DNA from: an uncultured delta proteobacterium | Lineage (GTDB): Bacteria; Desulfobacterota; Syntrophia; Syntrophales; Smithellaceae | DNA length: 64,000 nucleotides | Assembly (NCBI GenBank): GCA_963753975.1 | Contig: CAVWEH010000002.1 | Coordinates: 288,001 to 352,000 of the forward strand | Direction: 5' to 3' | Part shown: positions 41,710-51,082 of the stretch, in pieces | How positions within the stretch are numbered: position 1 is the stretch's first letter | Layout: each line of letters opens with the position of its first letter | Position numbers and translations under genes: made by a program | The notes under the pieces: generated by a model | What the model was told of the DNA's origin: nothing | The model's input: only the letters and a program-made list of their open reading frames with translations | Database searches by the model: none

Positions 41710-42120
41710 TTACCCGAGAGCTTTTTTGCTTAAAATTTCACTAGCCAGGGAAATATTTTTTTGCCCGTATTCTTTAATAAAGCGGGCTAATTCCCGCAAA
41801 TTCATGTCTTCTTTTAATTCCGACAATTTGAGCAACATTGGTAAATTAACTCCGGTAAGAACTTCAACTTTCCCTTCTTTCATAAAAGAAAGCGAAATGT
41901 TGGAAGGCGTCCCGCCAAAAAGATCTGTAAGAATCAAAACTCCCTTGCCCTTGTCCAGTTTCTTTATGGCGTTGCTGATTTCTTTTTTTATCTCCTCAAC
42001 GTCTTTGGTCTGATCGATACTAACATGCAATATGTCATTCAGCGGCCCTTTAATCAGCTCCGCTGCTTTAATCAACTCATTGCCCAGGTTCCCATGCGTA
42101 ATAATAAGCACACCGATCAT
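41710..42120 (-). CDS. PTS mannose/fructose-type EIIA
   Basis: ITHG, DLFGGTPSN, GVNLPML. Confidence 0.92.
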   Translation of the reverse strand: MIGVLIITHGNLGNELIKAAELIKGPLNDILHVSIDQTKDVEEIKKEISNAIKKLDKGKGVLILTDLFGGTPSNISLSFMKEGKVEVLTGVNLPMLLKLSELKEDMNLRELARFIKEYGQKNISLASEILSKKALG

Positions 42121-42294
42121 TATTATACTATCCCCCTTTAAGCTATCTTCAGCCAGGCTCTTAAATTTAGAACGGTAAGCTAATGGATTGCATTATAATT
42201 GTCAAGGTTTATAGACGGACTATCTTCGAAGGAAAAAAGAAATACCCGTAGGTTTGTAAGCGATTGTAATAAAAACACTTTACTGAATATTTTG

Positions 42295-42544
42295 CTATTT
42301 CGGATTTTGCAGAACATCGGCCAGACCGGACCTGCGGGAAATACCTTCTAAAATTGCCCCAGCCAGCAAATCTTCACTCGCCCATATATCCACTTCTTTT
42401 CGCGCGCGGGTGATTCCTGTATAAATAAGCTCTCTGGTAATAACGTTAATATCATGATCGGATAAAGCCAGCAAACCCCCTTTCGAATTCCGATCCCCGG
42501 CTTTTATGAACGGTCATTGCCTACACAGTTTCGTGTCTCGGCAG
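42295..42544 (-). pseudogene. recD: C-terminal remnant of recD (RecBCD helicase subunit)
   Basis: LPRHETV*AMTVHKSRGSEFERG, then a frameshift, then LLALSDHDINVITRELIYTGITRARKEV...RRSGLAD: SF1 helicase motifs V/VI with an internal TAG (42521..42523). Confidence 0.85.
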
Positions 42545-42622
42545 AATGTAGTCCTTATATAACATTTTTTCTGTCGATCAACAAAAAATTGCCGCGAGAA
42601 TGTTTAACCGTTATTGCCGCTG

Positions 42623-42653
42623 GCTTGACTATAATATAGCTCAAGCATATATT
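42623..42653 (+). promoter_or_regulatory. Sigma70 promoter with overlapping palindromic operator for the ALDH operon
   Basis: TTGACT-N17-TATATT; dyad GCTTGA-CTATA-A-TATAG-C-TCAAGC spans the -35 and spacer. Confidence 0.5.
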
Positions 42654-42698
42654 AGTTGAAAGTTATATGCCAATGTAATAATCCTAACGGAGGTCGAA

Positions 42699-44081
42699 AT
42701 GGAAGGAATCTCTTTCCCTAATCTTTTAAAATCACAAAAAGAATTTTTCCGGTCGGGAAAGACACGTGACCTTAACTTCCGCGTCGCAGCGTTAACCAAG
42801 CTTAAAAATATTATCCAGGCGCGGGAGAAAGAAGTCTTAGAGGCGATATATGAAGACCTTCATAAAGTCTCCATAGATGGTTATGCTACAGAGATTTCCG
42901 GAGTGTATGATGAGATCAAATATGCTCTGGGTAATGTTCGATCATGGGTCAAGTCTGAAAAGGTTGAAACTCCGATTTTTCTTTTGCCTTCCAAAAGCTT
43001 CGTGCAAAAAGATCCTTACGGCGTCGCGCTGATCATAGCTCCTTGGAATTACCCCTTTCAGCTTCTGATGACTCCGCTTATCGGCGCGATTGCAGCCGGA
43101 AACACAGCGATTCTCAAACCATCGGAAATTTCAGCCAACACGGCGGCAGTAATGGAAAAAATTATTAATACTGCTTTCCCTGAAGAATATTTGTATGTAG
43201 TGCAGGGCGGTGCGGTGGAAACACAGGCGCTTTTGGATTTGTCTGTCGATTATATATTTTATACCGGCAACTCTTCCGTAGGTAAAATCGTGATGAGCGC
43301 GGCAGCCAAGAATTTGACTCCTATCACCTTGGAGTTAGGCGGCAAAAGCCCAGCAATCGTGCATGAAGACGCCAATTTGACGCATGCAGCGCGCAAAATA
43401 GCCTGGGGAAAATTCATGAATGCCGGGCAAACCTGTATAGCTCCGGATTATGTTCTGATTCATATAAAGCAAAAAGATAAATTCATGGAAGAACTAAAAA
43501 AAGCGATACAGGATTTTTACGGTGAAAACGCCGCGGCTCATCCACGATATTGCCGAATAATCAACGACCGGCACTTTCAGCGCTTGAGCGCTCTACTTGA
43601 CGCCAAAAAAATTGTCTACGGCGGAAATGCCCGTCCAGCTGATCGTTATATTGAACCCACAATCCTCTATCCCGTGGAATGGAGTGAACCAATTATGCAG
43701 GATGAAATCTTCGGGCCTATTTTGCCGCTACTTACATACTCCGACCTTGATGATATAATCCGAAGAATTAACGAACGGCCGAAACCTTTGTCACTTTATC
43801 TGTTCAGCGATGACCAATCGGTACAAAAAAAAATCACCGAAGAAATTTCTTACGGAGGCGGCGCTATTAATAATACTATCTTTCATTTTGTGTCCCATTT
43901 TCTGCCCTTTGGAGGAGTCGGTACCAGCGGGATGGGCTCCTACCACGGAAAAGCCAGCTTCAACACATTTACTCATTTTAAAAGCATCCTTAAAAGTTCG
44001 AGCATAGTTGATCCGGCGGCGTCAGCTGTCGCGCCTAATAAAAAATTTTTCCTGAAACTTTTTAGAAAGTTAGTTAAATAA
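42699..44081 (+). CDS. Aldehyde dehydrogenase (ALDH3/fatty-aldehyde type)
   Basis: PWNYP, KPSE, LELGGKSP, NAGQTCIAPDY, EIFGP. Confidence 0.93.
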   Translation: MEGISFPNLLKSQKEFFRSGKTRDLNFRVAALTKLKNIIQAREKEVLEAIYEDLHKVSIDGYATEISGVYDEIKYALGNVRSWVKSEKVETPIFLLPSKSFVQKDPYGVALIIAPWNYPFQLLMTPLIGAIAAGNTAILKPSEISANTAAVMEKIINTAFPEEYLYVVQGGAVETQALLDLSVDYIFYTGNSSVGKIVMSAAAKNLTPITLELGGKSPAIVHEDANLTHAARKIAWGKFMNAGQTCIAPDYVLIHIKQKDKFMEELKKAIQDFYGENAAAHPRYCRIINDRHFQRLSALLDAKKIVYGGNARPADRYIEPTILYPVEWSEPIMQDEIFGPILPLLTYSDLDDIIRRINERPKPLSLYLFSDDQSVQKKITEEISYGGGAINNTIFHFVSHFLPFGGVGTSGMGSYHGKASFNTFTHFKSILKSSSIVDPAASAVAPNKKFFLKLFRKLVK

Positions 44082-44100
44082 AATCTGGTATAGAAAATTT

Positions 44101-47100
44101 ATGTTGCACATTCTGGGAATAGATATCGGCTCGGTTGCTCTTTCCGTGGTCACCCTCGATGAGAATGGAGATTTTCTCGACTCCTCGTACCGGTTTCACC
44201 GGGGCGCGATAGTCGAAACCCTGCACTCCATGCTTGCCGGTATCGATATTCGTCAGGTCGGCAACATCGCCATGACTCTTTCAGGTCCTCGCGTGTTGGA
44301 AAACGTTCCGCGTTACGACACGCAGATTGCCGTCATCGCCGCTGCTAAGAAATATCATCCTGATGCAGGAAGTATTCTCTTTGTTGGAGGAGAAAATTTC
44401 GGACTCATCACCTTCACAGATGAAGGAGATTACGATCGCTATCGCTCCAACACCTCCTGTGCTGCCGGCACAGGCAGTTTTCTCGATCAGCAAGCGAAAA
44501 GGCTCAATCTCAGAAGCATCGATACACTGAGTTCGGTCGCTTTCTGCAACCGCGAACCTACTCCCAAAATCGCGACCCGCTGCGCCGTCTTCGCCAAAAC
44601 CGACCTAATTCACGCCCAGCAGGAAGGCTACTCGATAGGACAGATCAGCGACGGACTCTGCGAAGGGTTAGCCAGAAATGTCATCGACACTTTAATCCCG
44701 GACCAAAACATCAGGACTCCATTGGTACTCGCCGGCGGTGTGGCGATGAATCAGGCCGTGGTTAAACATTTTCGCCATCTTTTACAGACCAATCCGGTCA
44801 TCGATGAACATAGCCATCTCTATGGAGCAATAGGCGCGGCTCTCCTGTGTCTGGAAGAATCAACTCGCAAGCCACTGAAGATAAATTCCTGGAATGCACT
44901 TTTTAAAAAAGAAAAAAAAGAAAAATCCTACGGCTACCCTCCTTTATCCCTCTCGCTCTCGAGTTATCCCGAATCTACAAGCCGCGAAAGTTATATCTTT
45001 GAGCCGGCAAATAACCATGCCACAGTGGAAGTGGATATTTATGGAGTAATAAACAGGAAGCAGAATGCGTATCTGGGCATCGATATCGGCTCCACCAGTA
45101 CGAAGGCGATCTTAATCGGCGAAAACAATAAGGTCTTGGCTGGCGTCTACACCCTTACATCCGGCCGGCCTCTCCAGGCTCTGCAGGCTCTATTGGAAGC
45201 CATCGAAAATATCGGCAGGGAAGCTGATTCCGATTTGACTTTCCTGGGCGTGGCAACTACAGGCTCCGGACGCAAGTTCATCGGACGCATTATCAAGGCC
45301 GACTTAATTATTGACGAGATCACCGCCCATGCACGCGCCGCTTTTGAGCTCGATAATCACGCAGACACGATCATCGAAATCGGCGGACAGGACTCGAAGT
45401 TCACCAATATGAAGAACGGAATGGTGACCTTTTCCGTTATGAATAACGTTTGTGCCGCGGGAACAGGAAGCTTTATTGAGGAACAGGCCGTCAAACTCGG
45501 CGTGCCCCTTTCCGAATATGCCGCGAGAGCAATTAATAGGCCCTCTCCCGTCGCCAGCGATCGCTGCACGGTTTTTATGGAGCGCGACATCAATAATTAT
45601 CTTACGGAGGGATATTCGGCAAATGAGGTTCTGGCGAGTGTCCTGCATTCCGTCTGTGAAAATTATCTGGCAAAAGTGGCAGTCGAGGCCAATATCGGAG
45701 AGAGGATTTGTTTTCAGGGGGCAACGGCACGCAACAAGGCGCTCGTTGCCGCTTTCGAGCAGCGGTTGAAAAAGCCCATCTTCGTTTCCCAATTCTGCCA
45801 TCTCACGGGAGCTCTGGGAAGCGCATTGATTCTGGCGGAAAGCGCGATAAATAATTCGCAATTCCGCGGTTTGTCGCTTTACCGGGAATCTATTCCTGTT
45901 GAAAACGAAGTCTGTGAACTCTGTCATAACAACTGCAAAATAAACAAGGTCACGGTGCAGGGCGAAACAGTTGCTTTCGGTTTTCTCTGCGGCCGCGATT
46001 ATGACACCAAGCACTATGTGGGACCGGCGCGTCGTCAGTATGAACTCATCGGTGAACGAAGCAAGATCTTTCACGTGCCAGCGAAGAAGTCATTTAAGAA
46101 GCCTGTGAAGATCGGCATTCCCAACGCGCTTTATCTTTCTGAAGAAATGCCTCTCTGGAAACATTTCTTTTCCACACTGGCTGTCGAAACCGTAACCGAC
46201 AGCGACTTCAAAGGCGCCATTAAATCGGGCAAGAAAATCTCGGGCGCTGAATTCTGCGCTCCGATGAGCGCGTTCTTCGGCCATGTGCAAAATCTGGTCG
46301 GTAAATGCGACTACATCTTTCTGCCCGTCTATCTCCAAGCGAGCAAGACAAAAGAAGAAACATACAGATATTATTGTTATTACACGCAATTTGCTGCGAC
46401 TCTGGCGGCCGGCATCAAGAGTCTGAGCTTAAAGACTAAGGCGATTATGCCGGTTGTCGATCACTATTCATTCCAATCCAGAATCGAAATGTTTTCCCTT
46501 CTAAAAACGGTTTTGCAGGCGAATTACTGGGAAATTTATCATGCTTACGAGGCCGCTCTCTCCTTTTACAGCGGCGGTCTCGCCAAACTCGTCAATGTTT
46601 ATCAAAGAGAAATGCCCGGCGAAAATGAAATAGGCGTAACTCTGCTCGGCAGGCCTTATTCCATTTTGCAAAAGACCATGAACAAAGGCATACCGGACAT
46701 TTTAACCAGCCTCAATATTAAGGCCTTTTATCAGGATATGCTGCCGCTGGCGGAAAACGATTTTTCCGAAATCGATCCTCTCCTCAAAAGACTCCACTGG
46801 AACTACGCCGCCAAAATCATAAAAGCCGCATTTTATACGGCGCACACTCCCGGGCTTTATCCGGTTTATGTAACTTCGTTTAAATGCGGCCCCGATTCCT
46901 TCACCATCGAATATTTTAAACGTATCATGGATAAATTCGGCAAGCCCTACCTGATCCTGGAGCTGGATGAACACGACTCCAACGTCGGCTATGAAACACG
47001 AATCGAAGCCGCCATCCGCTCGTTCCGCAATCACAATAAGAACAGGACGATTCGCTTGCTGCCGTCGCACGAGCTTTCGTTGAATTCGGAATGCGTAACT

Positions 47101-48306
47101 AAAATAAAAGATAAGACGCTTCTTTTCCCCTGTATCGACCCGCTGAGCTCGAAGCTGGTGGAAGCCGTATTCATCAAGGAAGGCGTCGACGCACGCCTGG
47201 TACCGCTGACTGAAAAGACGATAAAGCGCGGTCTCCGAACGAATTCGGGACAATGCCTTCCCGTCAATCTTATCGCCCAGAGCTATATTGATTACATTGA
47301 AGAAAATCTTCTCGATCCCGGACAAACAGCAGCCTGGTGCTTCGAAAGCCATATGGCCTGCAACATCAGAATGTTTCCGCAATTGATCAAAGCAATAATA
47401 GAGTCCGCCGGAAACGGTCTCGAAAATGTGGAAGTTTATATCGGAAACTTATCGCTCACGGATATCTCGGTACAGGCTTCCATCGAAACATATTTTGCCT
47501 ATCTCTTTGGCGGAATGCTCCGAAAAATCGGCTGCAAGATCAGGCCCTACGAAAGGGAAAAAGGGACGACGGATAAAGTCATCGCTCAATCCCTGAATAT
47601 CTTCTACAAGATGTTGCTCGGCGGAAGAAACAAGGATGAAGATGTGGCCAAGGTCATCAATCTTTTTCAGAAGATCGAAATCGTGCCTGAGAAACGTCCG
47701 AAGATTGCGATATTCGGCGATTTATATGCGCGCGATAACGACGTCTTTAATCAAGACCTGATTCATTGCATCGAAGAATACGGCGGAGAGGTGATCACGA
47801 CGCCCTTCAATGAATTTGCCAAACTTATCGTCAATCCCTACATGCGGCGCTGGTTTATGGAGGGAGAGTTCATGGATGTCATCTATGCGAAAACGCTGAT
47901 CACTTTCGCCAACCAGCTCGAGAAAGGCTACTACAAACTATTCAACGAATTGCTGCATGAACCGTCTCTCGAAACTAATATTGATTATAAAGAAATATAC
48001 GACGTTTTTAATCTGAAAGTGCAGCACTCCGGAGAATCCGCCGACAACCTGCTTAAAATCGCCGCCCTCATCCGGCACTATCCCGACATATCTCTATTCG
48101 TTCAGACAAGCCCCGCTTTTTGCTGTGCGGGACTGGTTACCGAAGCGATGGCGCCGCGCATTGAAGAGTACTCGGGAATTCCCGTGGTCACGCTCAACTA
48201 CGACGGCACGGGCAAAAATATAAACCAGAAAGTGCGCCCGTATGTCAAATTCCCTCGCAAAAACCACTCGCTGAAGGCCATGCAGTTCCGATTGAGCACT
48301 TCCTGA
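44101..48306 (+). CDS. Multi-domain acyl-CoA dehydratase activase (two BadF/BadG/BcrA/BcrD ATPase domains + DUF2229-like/dehydratase region)
   Basis: GIDIGS twice, CAAGTG twice, RCAVF/RCTVF, CELCHNNC, SFKCGPDS. Confidence 0.88.
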   Translation: MLHILGIDIGSVALSVVTLDENGDFLDSSYRFHRGAIVETLHSMLAGIDIRQVGNIAMTLSGPRVLENVPRYDTQIAVIAAAKKYHPDAGSILFVGGENFGLITFTDEGDYDRYRSNTSCAAGTGSFLDQQAKRLNLRSIDTLSSVAFCNREPTPKIATRCAVFAKTDLIHAQQEGYSIGQISDGLCEGLARNVIDTLIPDQNIRTPLVLAGGVAMNQAVVKHFRHLLQTNPVIDEHSHLYGAIGAALLCLEESTRKPLKINSWNALFKKEKKEKSYGYPPLSLSLSSYPESTSRESYIFEPANNHATVEVDIYGVINRKQNAYLGIDIGSTSTKAILIGENNKVLAGVYTLTSGRPLQALQALLEAIENIGREADSDLTFLGVATTGSGRKFIGRIIKADLIIDEITAHARAAFELDNHADTIIEIGGQDSKFTNMKNGMVTFSVMNNVCAAGTGSFIEEQAVKLGVPLSEYAARAINRPSPVASDRCTVFMERDINNYLTEGYSANEVLASVLHSVCENYLAKVAVEANIGERICFQGATARNKALVAAFEQRLKKPIFVSQFCHLTGALGSALILAESAINNSQFRGLSLYRESIPVENEVCELCHNNCKINKVTVQGETVAFGFLCGRDYDTKHYVGPARRQYELIGERSKIFHVPAKKSFKKPVKIGIPNALYLSEEMPLWKHFFSTLAVETVTDSDFKGAIKSGKKISGAEFCAPMSAFFGHVQNLVGKCDYIFLPVYLQASKTKEETYRYYCYYTQFAATLAAGIKSLSLKTKAIMPVVDHYSFQSRIEMFSLLKTVLQANYWEIYHAYEAALSFYSGGLAKLVNVYQREMPGENEIGVTLLGRPYSILQKTMNKGIPDILTSLNIKAFYQDMLPLAENDFSEIDPLLKRLHWNYAAKIIKAAFYTAHTPGLYPVYVTSFKCGPDSFTIEYFKRIMDKFGKPYLILELDEHDSNVGYETRIEAAIRSFRNHNKNRTIRLLPSHELSLNSECVTKIKDKTLLFPCIDPLSSKLVEAVFIKEGVDARLVPLTEKTIKRGLRTNSGQCLPVNLIAQSYIDYIEENLLDPGQTAAWCFESHMACNIRMFPQLIKAIIESAGNGLENVEVYIGNLSLTDISVQASIETYFAYLFGGMLRKIGCKIRPYEREKGTTDKVIAQSLNIFYKMLLGGRNKDEDVAKVINLFQKIEIVPEKRPKIAIFGDLYARDNDVFNQDLIHCIEEYGGEVITTPFNEFAKLIVNPYMRRWFMEGEFMDVIYAKTLITFANQLEKGYYKLFNELLHEPSLETNIDYKEIYDVFNLKVQHSGESADNLLKIAALIRHYPDISLFVQTSPAFCCAGLVTEAMAPRIEEYSGIPVVTLNYDGTGKNINQKVRPYVKFPRKNHSLKAMQFRLSTS

Positions 48307-48335
48307 AAGAGCCCGATTATATTCCGTCGTTTATT

Positions 48336-49478
48336 TTAGCTGCTCTTTTCCATGTCATGCAGCTCCATCTTCACCGCCAGCAGCGCCAGCATGTCTTTGA
48401 GCGTAATGATGCCCACAAGCCGATCTCCCTCGGTGACAAACAACCGGCTGTTCCGCGTACGGCTCATAATTTCCAGTGCCTTGTTAGCGTCTTCATCCGG
48501 CCCGATCGTCATCGCTTCGCCGCAGGACGCCGCAACAGCTCCCACGGTTTGCGTCGACCAGTCTTCGCGGGGAACCCCCGCCACACTATTAACCGAAATA
48601 CAACCCACCAATTTCCCATAGGAAAGCACGGGATACACCTGGAAATGATGCTTGTAGACATATTCGTTAACGAATTCACTAAGCGAAATGGAACGGGGAA
48701 CCGTCAAAGGATCTCGCACCATCAGGTCTTTCACCTTCTTAGCCTGAAAAACACCGCGCGCCAGAAGCTGCTGATACGACTGCTGCGCAGCCGCCCTGAT
48801 AAAAAGACCGATCATGAGCCACCAGAGGCCGCCGATGAAATTGCCCATGAATATGGAAATTACTCCGAGGATGATCAGGCCGATCCCCAAACCCGATCCG
48901 ATTCTCGATGAAATCGCAGTAGCCCAGCGCAGGTCTTTCTTCCAGCTCCAGAGCGCCGAACGCAGCACTCTTCCGCCGTCCAGAGGAAAAGCCGGCACCA
49001 AATTGAATGCCGCCAGAACAAGGTTCAGCCAGGCTAGATACGCTAAAACACCCTCAATCGTCACCGGCCAGCCGTTTTGTTTTCCCCAAACAAGGATGGA
49101 GAATAAAACCAAACCGATTGCCACGCTGGACAAAGGACCGACAACAGCCATGAAGAATTCAGTCCGCGGATTGGCCGGATCGTTTTCCATTTCGGCAACT
49201 CCGCCGAAGATGAACAATGTGATGCCCTTCATGGAAACGCCGTATCTTCTGGCTACAAGCGAGTGCGCCAATTCATGCAGAATGATCGAAATAAAAAGCC
49301 CTGCGGCGCCCGCCGCTCCCATCCACCAGTAGGATGACGTCGAAAGACCTTTGTAATATTCAGGGAATAGACCAGTGGCCAGCGACCAGGTGATCAAAGC
49401 CGCAAGAATAAGCCAGCTTACATCAACCTTTATTTCAAATCCAAAAAGTTTGAAAAGACTTACGGGTCGACCAAACAT
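48336..49478 (-). CDS. Site-2 protease (M50) with CBS pair
   Basis: HELAH, NLVPAFPLDGG, C-terminal CBS domains. Confidence 0.93.
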   Translation of the reverse strand: MFGRPVSLFKLFGFEIKVDVSWLILAALITWSLATGLFPEYYKGLSTSSYWWMGAAGAAGLFISIILHELAHSLVARRYGVSMKGITLFIFGGVAEMENDPANPRTEFFMAVVGPLSSVAIGLVLFSILVWGKQNGWPVTIEGVLAYLAWLNLVLAAFNLVPAFPLDGGRVLRSALWSWKKDLRWATAISSRIGSGLGIGLIILGVISIFMGNFIGGLWWLMIGLFIRAAAQQSYQQLLARGVFQAKKVKDLMVRDPLTVPRSISLSEFVNEYVYKHHFQVYPVLSYGKLVGCISVNSVAGVPREDWSTQTVGAVAASCGEAMTIGPDEDANKALEIMSRTRNSRLFVTEGDRLVGIITLKDMLALLAVKMELHDMEKSS

Positions 49479-49670
49479 AATAACTCCTTATTAAACATTT
49501 GTCTTTTAAGATAACCTCTATATCGTAAAAATCAATGTATTAAATTGCAATTTATAAACAAATCCAGTAAAATGCAAAGTATAATTATTCCTGTTAAACT
49601 GAAGATAATGAAACTTTCTGGCAATATCCGGTATTCGCCTCTATAATGAGACACGGAGGTTAAAGAGGAA

Positions 49671-50195
49671 ATGGTCAATCCTCAACAGACAAGTTTTCCC
49701 GAGGAGACATCTATGACAAAATATCTACTGTTTTTGATAACATTGATTTTCGTTTTTTATGGAACGGCAAACGCCGATTTTTATAAATGGGAAGACGAAG
49801 CCGGAACTGTTCATATAACAGACTATCCGCCTCCCGAGACCGCTTCCTCGAAAAAGGTTGAAGTTCATAAATATCAAGATGACAATACCCCTGTACAGCA
49901 AGACCAGGAGGAGGAAGAAGCACCTTTCAAAGATTCCAAATCAAAAAAGAATAAAAAACCGGAAGTAATTCTTTATACCAAAGACGAGTGCAAGGATTGC
50001 GATAGTGCTCGCGAATTTCTAAAATCCAAAAAAGTTTTTTTTCAAGAATATAATATGGACCGCGATAAAGAGGCTGTCGCACAAAGAAAGGAAATAGATG
50101 ACAGCACAGAGGTCCCTTTCGCGATTATCAACAGAACTCAAGTATATGGATTTTCGGAAAGTGTTTACAATCGAGCGCTGCAACTTACTCCTTAA
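49671..50195 (+). CDS. DUF4124 + glutaredoxin-like exported protein
   Basis: YKWEDEAGTVHITDYPP, CKDC, VP; start may be ATG 49713. Confidence 0.8.
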   Translation: MVNPQQTSFPEETSMTKYLLFLITLIFVFYGTANADFYKWEDEAGTVHITDYPPPETASSKKVEVHKYQDDNTPVQQDQEEEEAPFKDSKSKKNKKPEVILYTKDECKDCDSAREFLKSKKVFFQEYNMDRDKEAVAQRKEIDDSTEVPFAIINRTQVYGFSESVYNRALQLTP

Positions 50196-50204
50196 GAAAG
50201 ACAA

Positions 50205-50996
50205 ATGAAAACTTTAATTTATTTTTATACCGGAACGGGTAATTCTCTGTGGACAGCGAGAAAGCTCTCCGAGCAGCTAGGAAACACTGAACTTTATCCC
50301 CTGACTCTTGCAGGCCAAGAATCAATTCATCCGCACGCGGAAAACATTGGCCTTGTCTTTCCTGTACACATTTGGGGTTTGCCTTCGCTGGTTATTGACT
50401 TTGTCAACCGTTTGGAAGTGAAACCGGCAAAATATTATTTTGCGATAGCGGTTAATGCCGGGCAGGTTGCTGCTGCTCTGCTGCAATTGAAGAAAATGAT
50501 GAAGACACGGGGTCTTGACCTCTCCGCAGGATTCTCCATCAACTTACCCAGTAATTACATTCCCTGGGGAGGTGCTCCGGCACAAGGAAAACAGCAGAAA
50601 AAATTCAACGAAGCCCGCGAAAAAATTGGTCTTATTCCAGCTATTATTAAAGCTAAAGAAACAAGAAATCCTGATATGGGCCCATTATGGCAAAATATTT
50701 TGTTTTCGGCATTATATCGAGTGTCCTTTCCACAAATACCGAAAATGGATAAATCGTTTTGGGCTGACGCTAAATGTACCGGCTGCATGATATGCGAGAA
50801 AATCTGTCCGGTCTGGAATATATTGATGAGCGAAGGCAAACCTACCTGGCAGCATCATTGCGAACAATGCTTTGCCTGTCTACAATGGTGTCCGGAAGAA
50901 GCAATCCAATACGGCAAAAACACTAAAGGGAAGAAGCGCTACCATCACCCCGAAATCAAGCTGCAAGATATGCTCGCCTGCGTTCCTAAGAAATAA
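50205..50996 (+). CDS. EFR1-family flavodoxin/4Fe-4S ferredoxin
   Basis: YTGTGNS flavodoxin loop; CTGCMICEKICP and CEQCFACLQWCP. Confidence 0.88.
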   Translation: MKTLIYFYTGTGNSLWTARKLSEQLGNTELYPLTLAGQESIHPHAENIGLVFPVHIWGLPSLVIDFVNRLEVKPAKYYFAIAVNAGQVAAALLQLKKMMKTRGLDLSAGFSINLPSNYIPWGGAPAQGKQQKKFNEAREKIGLIPAIIKAKETRNPDMGPLWQNILFSALYRVSFPQIPKMDKSFWADAKCTGCMICEKICPVWNILMSEGKPTWQHHCEQCFACLQWCPEEAIQYGKNTKGKKRYHHPEIKLQDMLACVPKK

Positions 50997-50997
50997 T

Positions 50998-51081
50998 TTG
51001 AAGCTCTCCACGGCAAGCTGCGGAGAATCTTCGATTCTTAAGGGACAATATGATTCAGTATGCGCTCGCCACCGAATTCAA
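50998..51081. repeat. Short MITE/REP-like remnant between convergent genes
   Basis: TTGAA...TTCAA termini; hairpin TCTCCACGGC-AA-GCTGCGGAGA; GCAAGCTGCG also occurs twice at about 55393..55411. Confidence 0.5.
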
Positions 51082-51082
51082 T

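Noticed and set aside
42521..42523. Pyrrolysine-type read-through of the TAG in recD
   Set aside because: Accompanied by a frameshift and loss of the whole N-terminus; simple decay explains it
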